Source: an uncultured archaeon (lineage in GTDB: Archaea > Iainarchaeota > Iainarchaeia > Iainarchaeales > JAAZKV01). From it: 64,000 nucleotides of DNA. Below the pieces are notes generated by a model that saw only the letters and a list, made by a program, of their open reading frames with translations, had not been told where the DNA came from and did not search any database. The stretch lies in assembly GCA_902385225.1 (NCBI GenBank), contig CABMEU010000029.1:41065-105064 (forward strand), given 5' to 3'. Of this stretch, positions 1 to 9,934 are shown piece after piece (the first letter of the stretch is position 1; every line of letters starts with the position of its first letter). Position numbers and translations under genes: made by a program.

Positions 1-108
1 AAGAGCTTCCTGCTTGTTATTTCTCAAAAGAAAAAGAGAAGAGCGGGGATAGAAGCATCAAGAATTTCTTTTCTTGACTTTCTTATTTGCCCCCTGATTT
101 TTTTTGTG

Positions 109-1248
109 CTACTTTATACTTTCAAATTTCACTGAGTTAATACAGTTCGGCAAATATTTTGGCTCTTTCAGTCCAGGGAGCTGTTTCACAAGCGGCAAAT
201 CATGCACGGAGTATTTCCCGTAGTAAAGCTCTTTGAGGGCATGAGTTTTCAAAAATTCCTCAACCTTAAGCATCCCGTTGAAATAAAGCGCGTCCTTAAA
301 GAGCGCCCCTCCCTTTGTCTGGTCCTTTATCCCGCGCTTTGCTCGAAGTGTAAGCCTAAACGCCGCTTCCCTATCAAAGTGCTTTGCCATTTCCGTGTAA
401 GTGTCAAAGAAGCTTTTTGTCTGCGCCTCATTAATCGCGATTAATCTCCCCGCATATTCCTTTACCTGTTTCTCAGAACTCACTCCGCTTAGTTTCTCAA
501 TGGTTGCGGCAAGTCCCTCTTCTGTTTCAGTTGTTTCTCTTGAGAATCCGTGCGCGAGTAATTTGTATGGCTGTCTAAAACCATTTTCATATCTGTAAAT
601 GTGCGCCTCAATTTCGTGAGCAATGAATCTTGCAACCATTTCCTTTGTAAAATCCGTATCATTGTTGATTAGTATCTCTCTGCGGGAATTAATTACGGCA
701 AATCTTGAGCCCGCCGGTTCGCGCAGGGTTATCTTGTAATTGAGTTTGCCTTTCTTTAAGCGTGTTTTAATTGTGTTAATTGCAGTGTCAAGGGAGATTC
801 TCTCCTCATATTGCTTCGCATCGGTTTGAAGGGCTTTTTTTGCGGCTGAAACAGATATTCTCTCAATGCTTCCATAGTATGCTTCAGAGTTTCCGCTAAA
901 ATTCTCCGTTCCGATGCTTTTGATGAGCTCAATTTTCTCAATGAGATCAATTATCTCGGATTCAAATACTATCCCAAGTTCGTCTCTTCCAACTTCTTTC
1001 AATAGTTCAGTGAGCTCTGATTTGAATGTATCAAGTTTTGAGCCCGCCTGAAAGTATGAATAATCAGGGTTTCTTTGCATGTATGAGAATACTGGGTTGT
1101 ATTGCTCATTTCTCTCAAGCGCCTCAAAGAATTTCAGTTTTTGCTGATTAAGGTTCTGCGGATTAATAAATTTGAGTAAATTAGTCTCAATTACTCCCGC
1201 GATTTCAAATGTCTTTTGGTCAAGCTTTGTGTAATCAGGGCAGTGCAT
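109..1248 (-). CDS. DUF1704 / MATCAP-like gluzincin carboxypeptidase (QEGLA-motif family)
   Basis: HEIEAH (HExxxH) followed by TEEGLA, RAKRG and KDALYFNG motifs; lies downstream of RimK genes on the same strand. Confidence 0.85.
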   Translation of the reverse strand: MHCPDYTKLDQKTFEIAGVIETNLLKFINPQNLNQQKLKFFEALERNEQYNPVFSYMQRNPDYSYFQAGSKLDTFKSELTELLKEVGRDELGIVFESEIIDLIEKIELIKSIGTENFSGNSEAYYGSIERISVSAAKKALQTDAKQYEERISLDTAINTIKTRLKKGKLNYKITLREPAGSRFAVINSRREILINNDTDFTKEMVARFIAHEIEAHIYRYENGFRQPYKLLAHGFSRETTETEEGLAATIEKLSGVSSEKQVKEYAGRLIAINEAQTKSFFDTYTEMAKHFDREAAFRLTLRAKRGIKDQTKGGALFKDALYFNGMLKVEEFLKTHALKELYYGKYSVHDLPLVKQLPGLKEPKYLPNCINSVKFESIK

Positions 1249-1322
1249 ATTGAGAGAAAAGATTATTGGGGTTAATATTGGTTTTGGTTTAGAGAAGTTC
1301 GATAACTATTTTGAGTTAGTCT

Positions 1323-2222
1323 CTATTCACTTTCTTTTCCTTTCTTCGCATCCGCTTTTTCAGCGAGTAATCGTATCCACTCGTGTATTACTGTTGTTCC
1401 GAGGTATTTTTTGAATGGTCCGGGCATGAAATTTACCTCAATTACCACCCATTTGTTTTTGTATTCCATGAGGTCAACCGCGCACATGTCCATTCCGAGT
1501 GTTTTCGCTGCGCCCTTTGCAATAGAAAGCATTTCGGGGGTTGGGTTTATGAGGTGCGCGCTTCCCCCGCGGGAAATGTTTGCTCTCCAATCTCCTTTTT
1601 TGCATTTTCTTTTTACCGCAACAACATAATCACCGATTACATAGCACCGAACATCAGAATCCTTTCCTTTGATAAATTTTTGGGTGGAGATAAATTCCTC
1701 AAATAGGTGCACTGCGTCAAGTATGCTCTCCATTTGCTCTTTTGAGTTAATTAGAACAACTCCTTTTCCGGCGAACCCAGAGATTAATTTCATTACAAAT
1801 GGGTATCCTGTCTCATCAATCGCATAATCAGCGTACCTTGGCGAGATAAAGAGCGTGCTCGTTACCCCAGGGATTGATTTTGTGGAGAGTTTTTGCGAAG
1901 TAAAGAATTTGTGGTTAGTTACTTGGTATGATTCAAGAGTCACAGGGCAGTAGGCGTTTGTGCTTTGTATTGCTTTCATTACCGCTTCTCCCAGCAAAAA
2001 ATCACGTGAAGAAATTCTTGGGTAAATTGCGTCATATTCAAGCAAATTTTTCCCCTTATAAAATAATCCCGCTCTCCCCTGCGAGGTTTGAATTTGTATC
2101 TTATCAATTGTGACAAAAAGCACTTTGCCAAACTTCTGCTTTGCTTCTTCAAGCATGGAATTAATTGTGGATTCTTTGTAAGTTTTTGAGCCAATTATTA
2201 GGAGGCTTTTTTGCGAGGTCAT
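1323..2222 (-). CDS. rimK: RimK/LysX-family ATP-grasp ligase
   Basis: GFAGKGV loop, DVRCYVIG, WRANISRGG, AVDL, IEVNFMPG. Confidence 0.9.
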   Translation of the reverse strand: MTSQKSLLIIGSKTYKESTINSMLEEAKQKFGKVLFVTIDKIQIQTSQGRAGLFYKGKNLLEYDAIYPRISSRDFLLGEAVMKAIQSTNAYCPVTLESYQVTNHKFFTSQKLSTKSIPGVTSTLFISPRYADYAIDETGYPFVMKLISGFAGKGVVLINSKEQMESILDAVHLFEEFISTQKFIKGKDSDVRCYVIGDYVVAVKRKCKKGDWRANISRGGSAHLINPTPEMLSIAKGAAKTLGMDMCAVDLMEYKNKWVVIEVNFMPGPFKKYLGTTVIHEWIRLLAEKADAKKGKESE

Positions 2223-3136
2223 TTTAACCGCCCTCCAAGCGCTGTTTTCTCAATTAGTTTTTCGAGTCCAAAGAAACTAAATTTCGGTTTATTCTTGTGC
2301 CTGTTCGTTTTCGCTTTTTCAATTAAGAAACTCGCAGCCGTTTCCTCAAGGCTCTCTGAGCTAATCCTGTCAAACTCAGCCCAGGGAATCATCGGCTCGA
2401 TTTTCACTACTCTTCCTTTCGCAAGATCCACTCTCGCAATATCAAATCCGCATGCGTGCGCGGCGCTTATTGCGGTTTTGTGGTCCTCTTCGCTTAGTTT
2501 GTATGTCTCTCCCGCGGAGAGTTCAGGAACTATTTCATCCTTTTGCTTTCTCTTAACCGCGAAAACCTTTTTTCCAATTACCGCGCATGAAATCGCATCC
2601 CCTGGAATATATTCCCTTAGCATAAATCCGTCAGTTTCAGTTCTAATGCTTTTAATAAAGTGATTTAGTTCAGTGCTTGTTTCTACAACAATTTCCTGCT
2701 GGGCTTTTCTCCCGACAAAATACTTTGCGATTAAAGGATAAGAGATTCTTGTTGAAACTTTCTCAATGTTCTTAGCGGAGCCCGAGGTTAGTGTCTTTGG
2801 GGTGGGAATATCCTCGAGTGCTAAAGTAACAAATTGATACGGCTCGTTCATTGCATTATAATATGCCCCTTTTTTCGCGCTCACATAGCATTCCTGGTCA
2901 TGTAATTCCTCAAGTAATGGTTCAATAAATGGGGCGAGAGTTGCTCGTACTTGGATTATTACCGCATCATAGTAAGGGATTTTTTCCCCAAGTGATTTGA
3001 TTAGGGTTTCCTTTTGTTTGCTCACAAGGGTAATTTTTGATACTCGCAGGTACTGCGCATGCGCGCCCTTTTCCTTAAGCGCCGCAACAATAGGGTTAGC
3101 GACCCCTTTTTTCTCAGCAATAACAAGTATATCCAT
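2219..3136 (-). CDS. Degenerate RimK-like ATP-grasp protein
   Basis: IPTPKT, YPLIAK, REYIPG, VIGKKV and ARVDL are retained, but GxxGxGV, RxN and EVN are lost; 4-nt overlap with rimK; start placed at MDILVIA. Confidence 0.75.
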   Translation of the reverse strand: MDILVIAEKKGVANPIVAALKEKGAHAQYLRVSKITLVSKQKETLIKSLGEKIPYYDAVIIQVRATLAPFIEPLLEELHDQECYVSAKKGAYYNAMNEPYQFVTLALEDIPTPKTLTSGSAKNIEKVSTRISYPLIAKYFVGRKAQQEIVVETSTELNHFIKSIRTETDGFMLREYIPGDAISCAVIGKKVFAVKRKQKDEIVPELSAGETYKLSEEDHKTAISAAHACGFDIARVDLAKGRVVKIEPMIPWAEFDRISSESLEETAASFLIEKAKTNRHKNKPKFSFFGLEKLIEKTALGGRLK

Positions 3137-3255
3137 GTCCCCACTAAAGCGCATAACACATGCAAGAGCATAAAAGAGTTTCTTTTTTGAGGTTTGCCTG
3201 CTTTTTTAGTTCCAACAATTAACCTTAATAATGCGGATTTCCTTATCATGGCGCT

Positions 3256-3699
3256 GTGGTCTTCTTGGGTAAATCAAAGAAAGTAATTGGTCTTGTTGAG
3301 ATTGTGCATATTAGGGGCAAAAAAGGAATTGTAAAAAAGAGAGCTCTTTTTGATACGGGTGCGACAAGAACGAGTATTGATGTTAAGACCGCCGCAAAAG
3401 CCGGTATTGGTCCGATTGTTTCTAGTGTTAGGGTAAAGAGCGCTTCTTCTTCAAGAGGATATTTGCGCAGAGCGATTGCTGAAGCCGTGATTGTTGTTAA
3501 AGGGAAAAAGTTCAAGAAGGGAGTGAATATTGAGGACCGTGAAGGAATGCCTTATTCTGTATTAATTGGAAGAGATATTATTCACAACAACTTTTTGATT
3601 GATGTTTCAAGGACCCACACAAGCAACAAGGTGCGGGATTCAAAGGACAAGAGCGAGAGAAAGAGAATTACAGAAATGTGGGATAAGCATCAGCAGTAA
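3256..3699 (+). CDS. RimK-associated retropepsin-like aspartic protease (putative ATP-dependent Zn protease family)
   Basis: ALFDTGATRTSID and DREGMPYSVLIGRD motifs. Confidence 0.85.
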   Translation: MVFLGKSKKVIGLVEIVHIRGKKGIVKKRALFDTGATRTSIDVKTAAKAGIGPIVSSVRVKSASSSRGYLRRAIAEAVIVVKGKKFKKGVNIEDREGMPYSVLIGRDIIHNNFLIDVSRTHTSNKVRDSKDKSERKRITEMWDKHQQ

Positions 3700-3749
3700 T
3701 AATTATGTCTTTGTGTTTAGTGGGAAGAAATTAGTGTGGGTGGTTAGCG

Positions 3750-4211
3750 GTGGAAGGAATTGAGTTTAAAGAGCTTAGTAATACAAACCTCAGCACTATT
3801 GAGGAATTGCACGCGCTTTTTCCCCACTGGAAGAAATCCTCTGTTCAGAAAAAGATTAAGCTCACTAACAAGCGCAGAGACAAAAGATTTGTTGCACTAA
3901 GAAACGGAAAAATTATTGCTCATGTGAAATTGGTTTTCGGCAAGGGGCTTCATAATCACAGAGTGGAAGTCACTTCGCTTATTGTTGAGCCGAAAGAAAG
4001 GCGCCAAAAAATTGGAACTGAGCTGATGAAGTATGTTCTAAAACAGCTTCCAGGCGACCGCTCGCTTGTCCTCCTTGCGGTTGACACAAAGAACAAACCC
4101 GCGATTGATTTATACAAAAAGTTGGGCTTTGAGGAATACGGTTCGCTAAAGAAAGCCTCGAGGTTGAACGGAAAGTATGTTGATAATTACTTTATGAAGA
4201 AAGAACTCTAA
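3750..4211 (+). CDS. GNAT N-acetyltransferase
   Basis: RRQKIGTELM acetyl-CoA motif A; NKPAIDLYKKLGF. Confidence 0.9.
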   Translation: MEGIEFKELSNTNLSTIEELHALFPHWKKSSVQKKIKLTNKRRDKRFVALRNGKIIAHVKLVFGKGLHNHRVEVTSLIVEPKERRQKIGTELMKYVLKQLPGDRSLVLLAVDTKNKPAIDLYKKLGFEEYGSLKKASRLNGKYVDNYFMKKEL

Positions 4212-4292
4212 GTGTATTGCCAAAAACTGCCTTCGCAGTAGCTTTATATATGAGTTTTTTTCTAATGATAGGAGTTAGTTGGTTGTGATTTT

Positions 4293-4853
4293 GTGGTTTT
4301 GAGTGTTCTATTCCATCCTACTGAGGTCTTCAAGAAGGTTGATTCCTCCCCCGTTCTTTATTCCCCCTGGCTTGTTGTAATTATTGCGGGTATTTTCCTT
4401 GCGATTGTTGGTTATTATGCCTCGGCAAGTTGGCTTACCGGGGTATATATGTTCATTGCGAATATTGTGCAGTGGTTCATTTTGACTTTATTTGTTTGGT
4501 TCTTTGGCTTTATACATTTGAGAAAGAAAAGAGGGATTGCGGAGGAAAGATTTGCGGAATGCGCCGCGGCTACTGGAAAACTTTGGACTATTACTCTTGC
4601 AACTAACTTGATAATGGCGATTCTCTCAGTCTTCTACGGGTTTGTGACAATTTTCCCTTTCAATATTTTGGCTATGATTGGTGTTATTCTTGCAATTATC
4701 CTTACTATTGGCTGGATTGTGGCGTCTTATAAGATGCTAAAAGTTGTATTAGGCATTAATGGCGGGAAATTATTTGTTAATTGGATACTTTTGCTCATTT
4801 TAAATGTGGTTACAAGCGCGTTTATTGTTGGGTTAATAGCAAAAATCTTCTAA
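4293..4853 (+). CDS. Yip1-like five-TM membrane protein
   Basis: N-terminal LFHPTEVF followed by about five hydrophobic helices. Confidence 0.6.
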   Translation: MVLSVLFHPTEVFKKVDSSPVLYSPWLVVIIAGIFLAIVGYYASASWLTGVYMFIANIVQWFILTLFVWFFGFIHLRKKRGIAEERFAECAAATGKLWTITLATNLIMAILSVFYGFVTIFPFNILAMIGVILAIILTIGWIVASYKMLKVVLGINGGKLFVNWILLLILNVVTSAFIVGLIAKIF

Positions 4854-4996
4854 TTTTAACAGCTCTCTTTAGTTTTCTGCCTTATTTATTTCCTGATTGT
4901 TAAGGCAATTGCCCAAAAACCCCCTGATACTACATAATTTGGCTGGTTTTCCCAAACATTTATAAAGGAAAATGAGAGGAAATTTATCGTGGTATA

Positions 4997-5221
4997 ATGA
5001 AGAAGCTCTGCTCTGAATGCAAGGCCCGTTTCGAGGTTCCAATTGATGATATGGAAGAAGGAGATGCTATTCCCTGCCCTGAATGCAATTTAGAGTACAC
5101 AATTATAGCTGACAAGAAAGGTGTTTTGAAACTAATTGAAAGCAAGACGTTTGAGATGGAGGAAGAGGAAGAAGACTCCGAGGAAGATTCAGACGCTGAA
5201 GAAGATTACGATTCTGATTAA
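4997..5221 (+). CDS. LysW-like zinc-ribbon protein with acidic tail
   Basis: CSEC...EEGDAIPCPECNLEY, C-terminal EEEEEDSEEDSDAEEDYDSD; TATA-like TTTATAAA upstream. Confidence 0.7.
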   Translation: MKKLCSECKARFEVPIDDMEEGDAIPCPECNLEYTIIADKKGVLKLIESKTFEMEEEEEDSEEDSDAEEDYDSD

Positions 5222-5329
5222 GCAAAATCATCTCATTCTAATTGACTTAGTTCCCTCACTCCCATATTCAAATCAAATTCTCAGTGCCCCAAAAACCCTT
5301 AAATACTTCGCCAACTACGATTGTTTATC

Positions 5330-6739
5330 ATGGTGCTAAAACTTTTCAATTCATTTGGCTGCAAGCTTGAGGAATTTAAGCCGATAAAAAAAGATTTTGT
5401 CGGGCTCTACACTTGCGGACCAACTGTCAATAATTACATTCACATAGGAAACCTCAAGTGCTATTCTTGGGAGGATTTGCTTAAGCGTTACCTTCTCTTC
5501 AAGGGCTACAAAGTAAAACAAATAATGAATTTTACTGACGTTGATGACAAGACAATTAAAGGATCAATAGCAAATAATGTTCCTCTCTCAGAATACACTG
5601 AGAAATTCAAGAAAGCGTTTTTAGAAGACATTAAGACAATGAATATTCTTCCCGCGGAAATTTATACTCCCGCAACTGAATATATTCCTGAAATGGTAAA
5701 GCTTGTGGAAAAACTTCTCGATAAAGGTTTTGCTTACAAGGGCGAGGATGGAAGTATTTATTTCTCAATAAAGAAATTCAAGAATTACGGGAAACTCGCG
5801 GGGATTGACACAAAAAAGTTAAAGGATGGGGCGAGAGTAAAACAGGATGAGTATGAAAAAGAGGGTGTAGGGGATTTTGCTTTATGGAAAGCTTGGGATG
5901 AGAATGATGGTCCTGTTTATTGGGAAACTTCTTTAGGGAAAGGAAGACCCGGGTGGCATATTGAGTGCAGCGCGATGAGCATGAAGTACTTGGGAGAAAC
6001 ATTTGATATTCACTGCGGGGGAGTTGATAATAAATTCCCTCACCACGAGAACGAGATTGCGCAAAGCGAGGCCGCTACAGGAAAAAAGTTTGTTAATTAT
6101 TGGCTACACACAGAGCACCTGCTCGTTGATGGGAAGAAAATGTCAAAGTCCCTGGGGAACTTTTACACTCTCCGCGAATTGACCTCAAAAGGTTATAGCC
6201 CAATGGCAATTAGATATGTTTTCCTAAATACTGATTACCGCCAGCAGTTAAATTTCTCCTTTAATGCGGTGAAGGATGCGGAGAAAACTCTTTTGGGATT
6301 GCAGAATTTTATCTCAAGATTGCGGGAAATAAAAAACAAAAAAGATGCTGATTCAATTGCCCCGCTGGTAAGCGCGGCTCTTGAGGGCTTCACCGCCGGA
6401 ATGGATAATGATTTGAATGTGCCTGAAGCGATGAAACATATTTTTGATTTTGTAAAGAAAATAAATAAATTAATTGATGAGGGGGAGATTGGAGTTAGCG
6501 CGGCGAACGAAGCCCTTGAATTCCTCAAAAAAATTAATTCAGTTATTGGAGTGCTTAATTTCACAGAGAAGTATTTTGAACTCACGGAAGAACAGCAGGC
6601 ATTAATCCTTGAGCGTAACCTCGCAAGAAAGCACAAGGACTGGAAGAAGAGCGATGAACTCCGCGATAAACTCAAGGCGATGGGGATTGAGGTTGTGGAT
6701 AATAAGGACGGGACGACTCTCGCAAAGCCCCTGAAGTAG
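5330..6739 (+). CDS. cysS: Cysteine--tRNA ligase
   Basis: YTCGPTV, HIGN, GRPGWHIECSAM, KMSKS. Confidence 0.98.
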   Translation: MVLKLFNSFGCKLEEFKPIKKDFVGLYTCGPTVNNYIHIGNLKCYSWEDLLKRYLLFKGYKVKQIMNFTDVDDKTIKGSIANNVPLSEYTEKFKKAFLEDIKTMNILPAEIYTPATEYIPEMVKLVEKLLDKGFAYKGEDGSIYFSIKKFKNYGKLAGIDTKKLKDGARVKQDEYEKEGVGDFALWKAWDENDGPVYWETSLGKGRPGWHIECSAMSMKYLGETFDIHCGGVDNKFPHHENEIAQSEAATGKKFVNYWLHTEHLLVDGKKMSKSLGNFYTLRELTSKGYSPMAIRYVFLNTDYRQQLNFSFNAVKDAEKTLLGLQNFISRLREIKNKKDADSIAPLVSAALEGFTAGMDNDLNVPEAMKHIFDFVKKINKLIDEGEIGVSAANEALEFLKKINSVIGVLNFTEKYFELTEEQQALILERNLARKHKDWKKSDELRDKLKAMGIEVVDNKDGTTLAKPLK

Positions 6740-6810
6740 TTCAATCCAAAAGCAGCCAGAAATCTTTTTAACCAAGAAAGTGTTACTATAAGCGAGAAAA
6801 GGGATTATTT

Positions 6811-8613
6811 TTGGATGCTTTATTGCTCTTTGTTCATATCGCGGAGATTATTATTGTCGCGGCGGTTGTGAGCGCGTTATTAAGAAAATTAAAGCAGCCC
6901 ACGCTCCTTGCGTATATTATTGCGGGTGTTCTGATTGGTCCGCTTGTGATTGGGGGCGTTGATTGGACCGCTTTTGGAATTCCTTTTCCCATTGGAATTA
7001 GCTCAATTACTCCTGAAGTGACAACTTTATCTGAGATTGGAATGGCACTTTTAATGTTTTCCATAGGAATAGAAACTTCTATCCACCGTCTCCTCAAAAT
7101 GGGGCGTTCGGTTATTCTTGCAACTCTTTTGCAGATAGGTCTTGTAATTTTTTTCACTTTTCTCTTAACAATTCCAACAGGGCTTCTTACAACCGAGCAA
7201 GCGCTCTTTGTAGGGGCAATTCTTGCATTCTCCTCCACAATGATCGTGGTAAAACTACTCTCAGATTCAAATGAGCTTAATTCACTTAACAGCAGACTAA
7301 TGATTTCCATTTTGCTTCTGCAGGATTTTTTGATGATTTTTTTTGTTCCAATGCTCTCAAATGTTTCAAATATTCTTGATGTATCCATTTTGTTTAAAGT
7401 GGTCTCAAATAGTTTGCTCTTGTTCATAATTGCTTTTGTAATGAGTCGTTTTGTTCTGCCGCGTTTCTTCAGAGTGGCTGTTGAGGAGCAGGAGCTTTTT
7501 GTTCTTACAAGCGTTGCAACAGCATTCATCTTTATTGGTTTAAGTGTGCTTCTTGATATTCCAAGTTCAATTGGTGCTTTCATCGGCGGTCTTGCCTTAA
7601 GCACCCTTCCGTACAATTTGGAAATATTCTCAAAAATTCGCGCCTTGCGTGACTTTTTCCTCACAATCTTCTTTGTTACTCTTGGAGCGCAGTTAAGTTT
7701 TGGTTTTTCCGTTTTAAATCCGTGGTTAATGGCTGTTATCATCTTACTCGTTTTTGTAATAAAGCCAATTGTTTTCTTTGTGCTCTCTCTATTCATAGGC
7801 TATGGAAGCAAAACCGTAGTAAAAATGGGGTTGAGTTTGTTTCAGGTTTCAGAATTTGGCTTTGTACTTGTAGGGATTGCTACAGCCACATTTATTTCAG
7901 GAGTTCCCATATTTTCCGCTGATTTGGCTTCCTTTATTATAACAGTAATTGCGATTTCAATGATTGTTTCCCCTTACTTAATGGGTTCCTCAAGCAAGGT
8001 TGGGCAATTCTTTTATAATAAAGCAAAGCATCTTCAAAGGCACCTCCGCACTGGTTTCTTTAGGAGAAAACTTGATGAGCTTGAAGTTATGCCTTCAAAG
8101 AAAGAGCTTGAGAATCACATAATCATTGTGGGAGGGGGAACTGTTGGGCGAGGGCTTGCTAAGGAATTAAGAAAAAATAATCAGGTGCTTGTGATTGACC
8201 ATGACCCTGATGTTGTTGAGCAGGGGCAAAGAGAAGGATTGCCGTTTGTTTATGGGACTTCAGAGAATGAAACGCTTTTTGATAAGCTTGACCTCCCCGA
8301 CGCTAAATTATTTATAATCTCAATTCTCAATCACTCAGAATCAATTAATATGATTAAGCAAGTGAGAAAGTTTAACCGCAAATTACCCATATTTACTATC
8401 GCCCACTATTTTTCTGATGCGCTTGACTTCTACAAACAAGGCGCGGAATACGTGTGCATGCCTTCAGTTATTGGCGCTAACTCTTTTATGCAGAAAATCT
8501 CGGAGTTCATTGACACTGGGAAGAACGCGAAAGTAAATAAGTTCAAAACCGAGTTCATGGATTATTTGGAAGAAAAAGTTAAAGAAGAGAAGAAGTATAG
8601 GCAAAGGGGATAG
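6811..8613 (+). CDS. Kef-type CPA2 cation:proton antiporter with TrkA-N domain
   Basis: Multi-TM, FSSTMIVVKLL, QVSEFGFVL, C-terminal GGGTVG Rossmann fold. Confidence 0.9.
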   Translation: MDALLLFVHIAEIIIVAAVVSALLRKLKQPTLLAYIIAGVLIGPLVIGGVDWTAFGIPFPIGISSITPEVTTLSEIGMALLMFSIGIETSIHRLLKMGRSVILATLLQIGLVIFFTFLLTIPTGLLTTEQALFVGAILAFSSTMIVVKLLSDSNELNSLNSRLMISILLLQDFLMIFFVPMLSNVSNILDVSILFKVVSNSLLLFIIAFVMSRFVLPRFFRVAVEEQELFVLTSVATAFIFIGLSVLLDIPSSIGAFIGGLALSTLPYNLEIFSKIRALRDFFLTIFFVTLGAQLSFGFSVLNPWLMAVIILLVFVIKPIVFFVLSLFIGYGSKTVVKMGLSLFQVSEFGFVLVGIATATFISGVPIFSADLASFIITVIAISMIVSPYLMGSSSKVGQFFYNKAKHLQRHLRTGFFRRKLDELEVMPSKKELENHIIIVGGGTVGRGLAKELRKNNQVLVIDHDPDVVEQGQREGLPFVYGTSENETLFDKLDLPDAKLFIISILNHSESINMIKQVRKFNRKLPIFTIAHYFSDALDFYKQGAEYVCMPSVIGANSFMQKISEFIDTGKNAKVNKFKTEFMDYLEEKVKEEKKYRQRG

Positions 8614-8633
8614 TAGAATATCTCACTGAATAT

Positions 8634-8780
8634 CTATTTAGGTTTTGGCTTAACTCCCACAACCCTAATTACTCTTTTTGTTCTATTAACCGGCGGGTTA
8701 GGTTTCCTTGCGAGAGAAAGAGTCCAATTCTTTCCGCCAGCCACTATTGCTCTTTTTGGTCTGAATCTTAATGTAACCAT
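8634..8780 (-). CDS. Small basic orphan, 48 aa (MVTLRFRPKRAIVAGGKNW...KPKPK)
   Basis: Translated by hand; ATG to TAG fills the intergenic gap; TTTATTAA upstream; too short for the ORF track. Confidence 0.5.
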   Translation of the reverse strand: MVTLRFRPKRAIVAGGKNWTLSLARKPNPPVNRTKRVIRVVGVKPKPK

Positions 8781-8851
8781 AACTAAATTACGTTTCGCCC
8801 CTTAATAAATTATTTGGTTGTCAAAAAATTATTCATTTTGGGTAGTTGTAT

Positions 8852-9271
8852 TTAGTAATTCTTCGCAATTACATTCTTCCAATTCTCTTTTATCCACTTC
8901 TCTGATTTTTCTGTGATTTCTTCCCAGCCGTGCCTCGCGAGTTCTTTCTCCACTATGTGCCCCTTGTGCGGATGTTTGTGTTTTCGTTCATGGTTTGAGC
9001 CAAATCCCTGAAAGTAGTGTGTGAGTTCGTGCATGAGAACATAATCAAGCACATACTCAGGCACTTCAAGTGATTTTAGTAGCGGGTTTATTTCAATTAT
9101 TGAGCCGAATGCCGCGCTCTGCATTGGAGTAATGTGCCCGAGCTTTCGTTTTGATTTTCTCCCCCAGCGAACAACAAGTAAATTTGTTACCCCGCGCTCC
9201 GCAAAGTTTTCGCGTATAAGCGCCGCGGCTTTTGCTGCCAAGTATTTATCATAATCGGTCGCGGAAACCAT
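8852..9271 (-). CDS. SprT/YgjP-like zinc metallopeptidase
   Basis: DYVLMHELTH (HExxH), downstream HPH. Confidence 0.75.
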   Translation of the reverse strand: MVSATDYDKYLAAKAAALIRENFAERGVTNLLVVRWGRKSKRKLGHITPMQSAAFGSIIEINPLLKSLEVPEYVLDYVLMHELTHYFQGFGSNHERKHKHPHKGHIVEKELARHGWEEITEKSEKWIKENWKNVIAKNY

Positions 9272-9332
9272 GCACAAAGAAGAGAGGAAAAGTAATTAAG
9301 TGCTTTGTGCGGGGCTGAAAACTAAATTAAAT

Positions 9333-9881
9333 TCACTTGCTCGAAATTAGTTCAAATACGGTCTTAATGTCCCCGAGGTTTGATGTAATATTAATTGTAT
9401 AATTGCCTGAGAATGCCGCGCTGTCAGGGTTTCTTCTTACAATGCAGGGAATTTTTCTTGTGTCTCCTGGAGCAATATTCTCAAGCACATACATTTTTTT
9501 GTTTGTATCAAATATCGCGTTTGGGCAGATGTAAATTATTTCCTGTGAAGTAGTTGAAACATTGAACATCGCGTCAAGTGTCTCTGTTTTTCTGTTAGTA
9601 ATTAAAATATCCATCTCGGCCTGCTTTACTTCCTTTGAAATATCAAGAGGATTATCTTTCCATGAAACACTTATCCCTTTCTCTTCAGGGAAAATATTAA
9701 AGTTTGTGTTCCCAATTCCCTGTATTGCTGAAGGGAGGAACAATACCGCAAGCACTATTATTACAATTATTACCGCCCCGATTGCAAGTATTTTTTTTTC
9801 CTTATCCAAATTCCACGAAGGGTTAGCAGGATTAGGTATCTCCACCCTTGGGAGGTGTATTCTTGGTCCATAAAGCGACAT
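9333..9881 (-). CDS. Membrane-anchored hypothetical protein
   Basis: Single TM followed by a beta-rich, Asn-rich domain. Confidence 0.65.
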   Translation of the reverse strand: MSLYGPRIHLPRVEIPNPANPSWNLDKEKKILAIGAVIIVIIVLAVLFLPSAIQGIGNTNFNIFPEEKGISVSWKDNPLDISKEVKQAEMDILITNRKTETLDAMFNVSTTSQEIIYICPNAIFDTNKKMYVLENIAPGDTRKIPCIVRRNPDSAAFSGNYTINITSNLGDIKTVFELISSK

Positions 9882-9934
9882 GCCTAGATTAAGTTGTTAG
9901 GGCTATTTAAAGATTACGAGTGGCAATGATTTGT

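Noticed and set aside
6834-7796. 320-aa minus-strand ORF and similar antisense ORFs (e.g. 16871-17476, 27975-28490, 35808-36269, 62897-63427)
   Set aside because: They lie opposite well-supported genes and have no motifs; shadow ORFs
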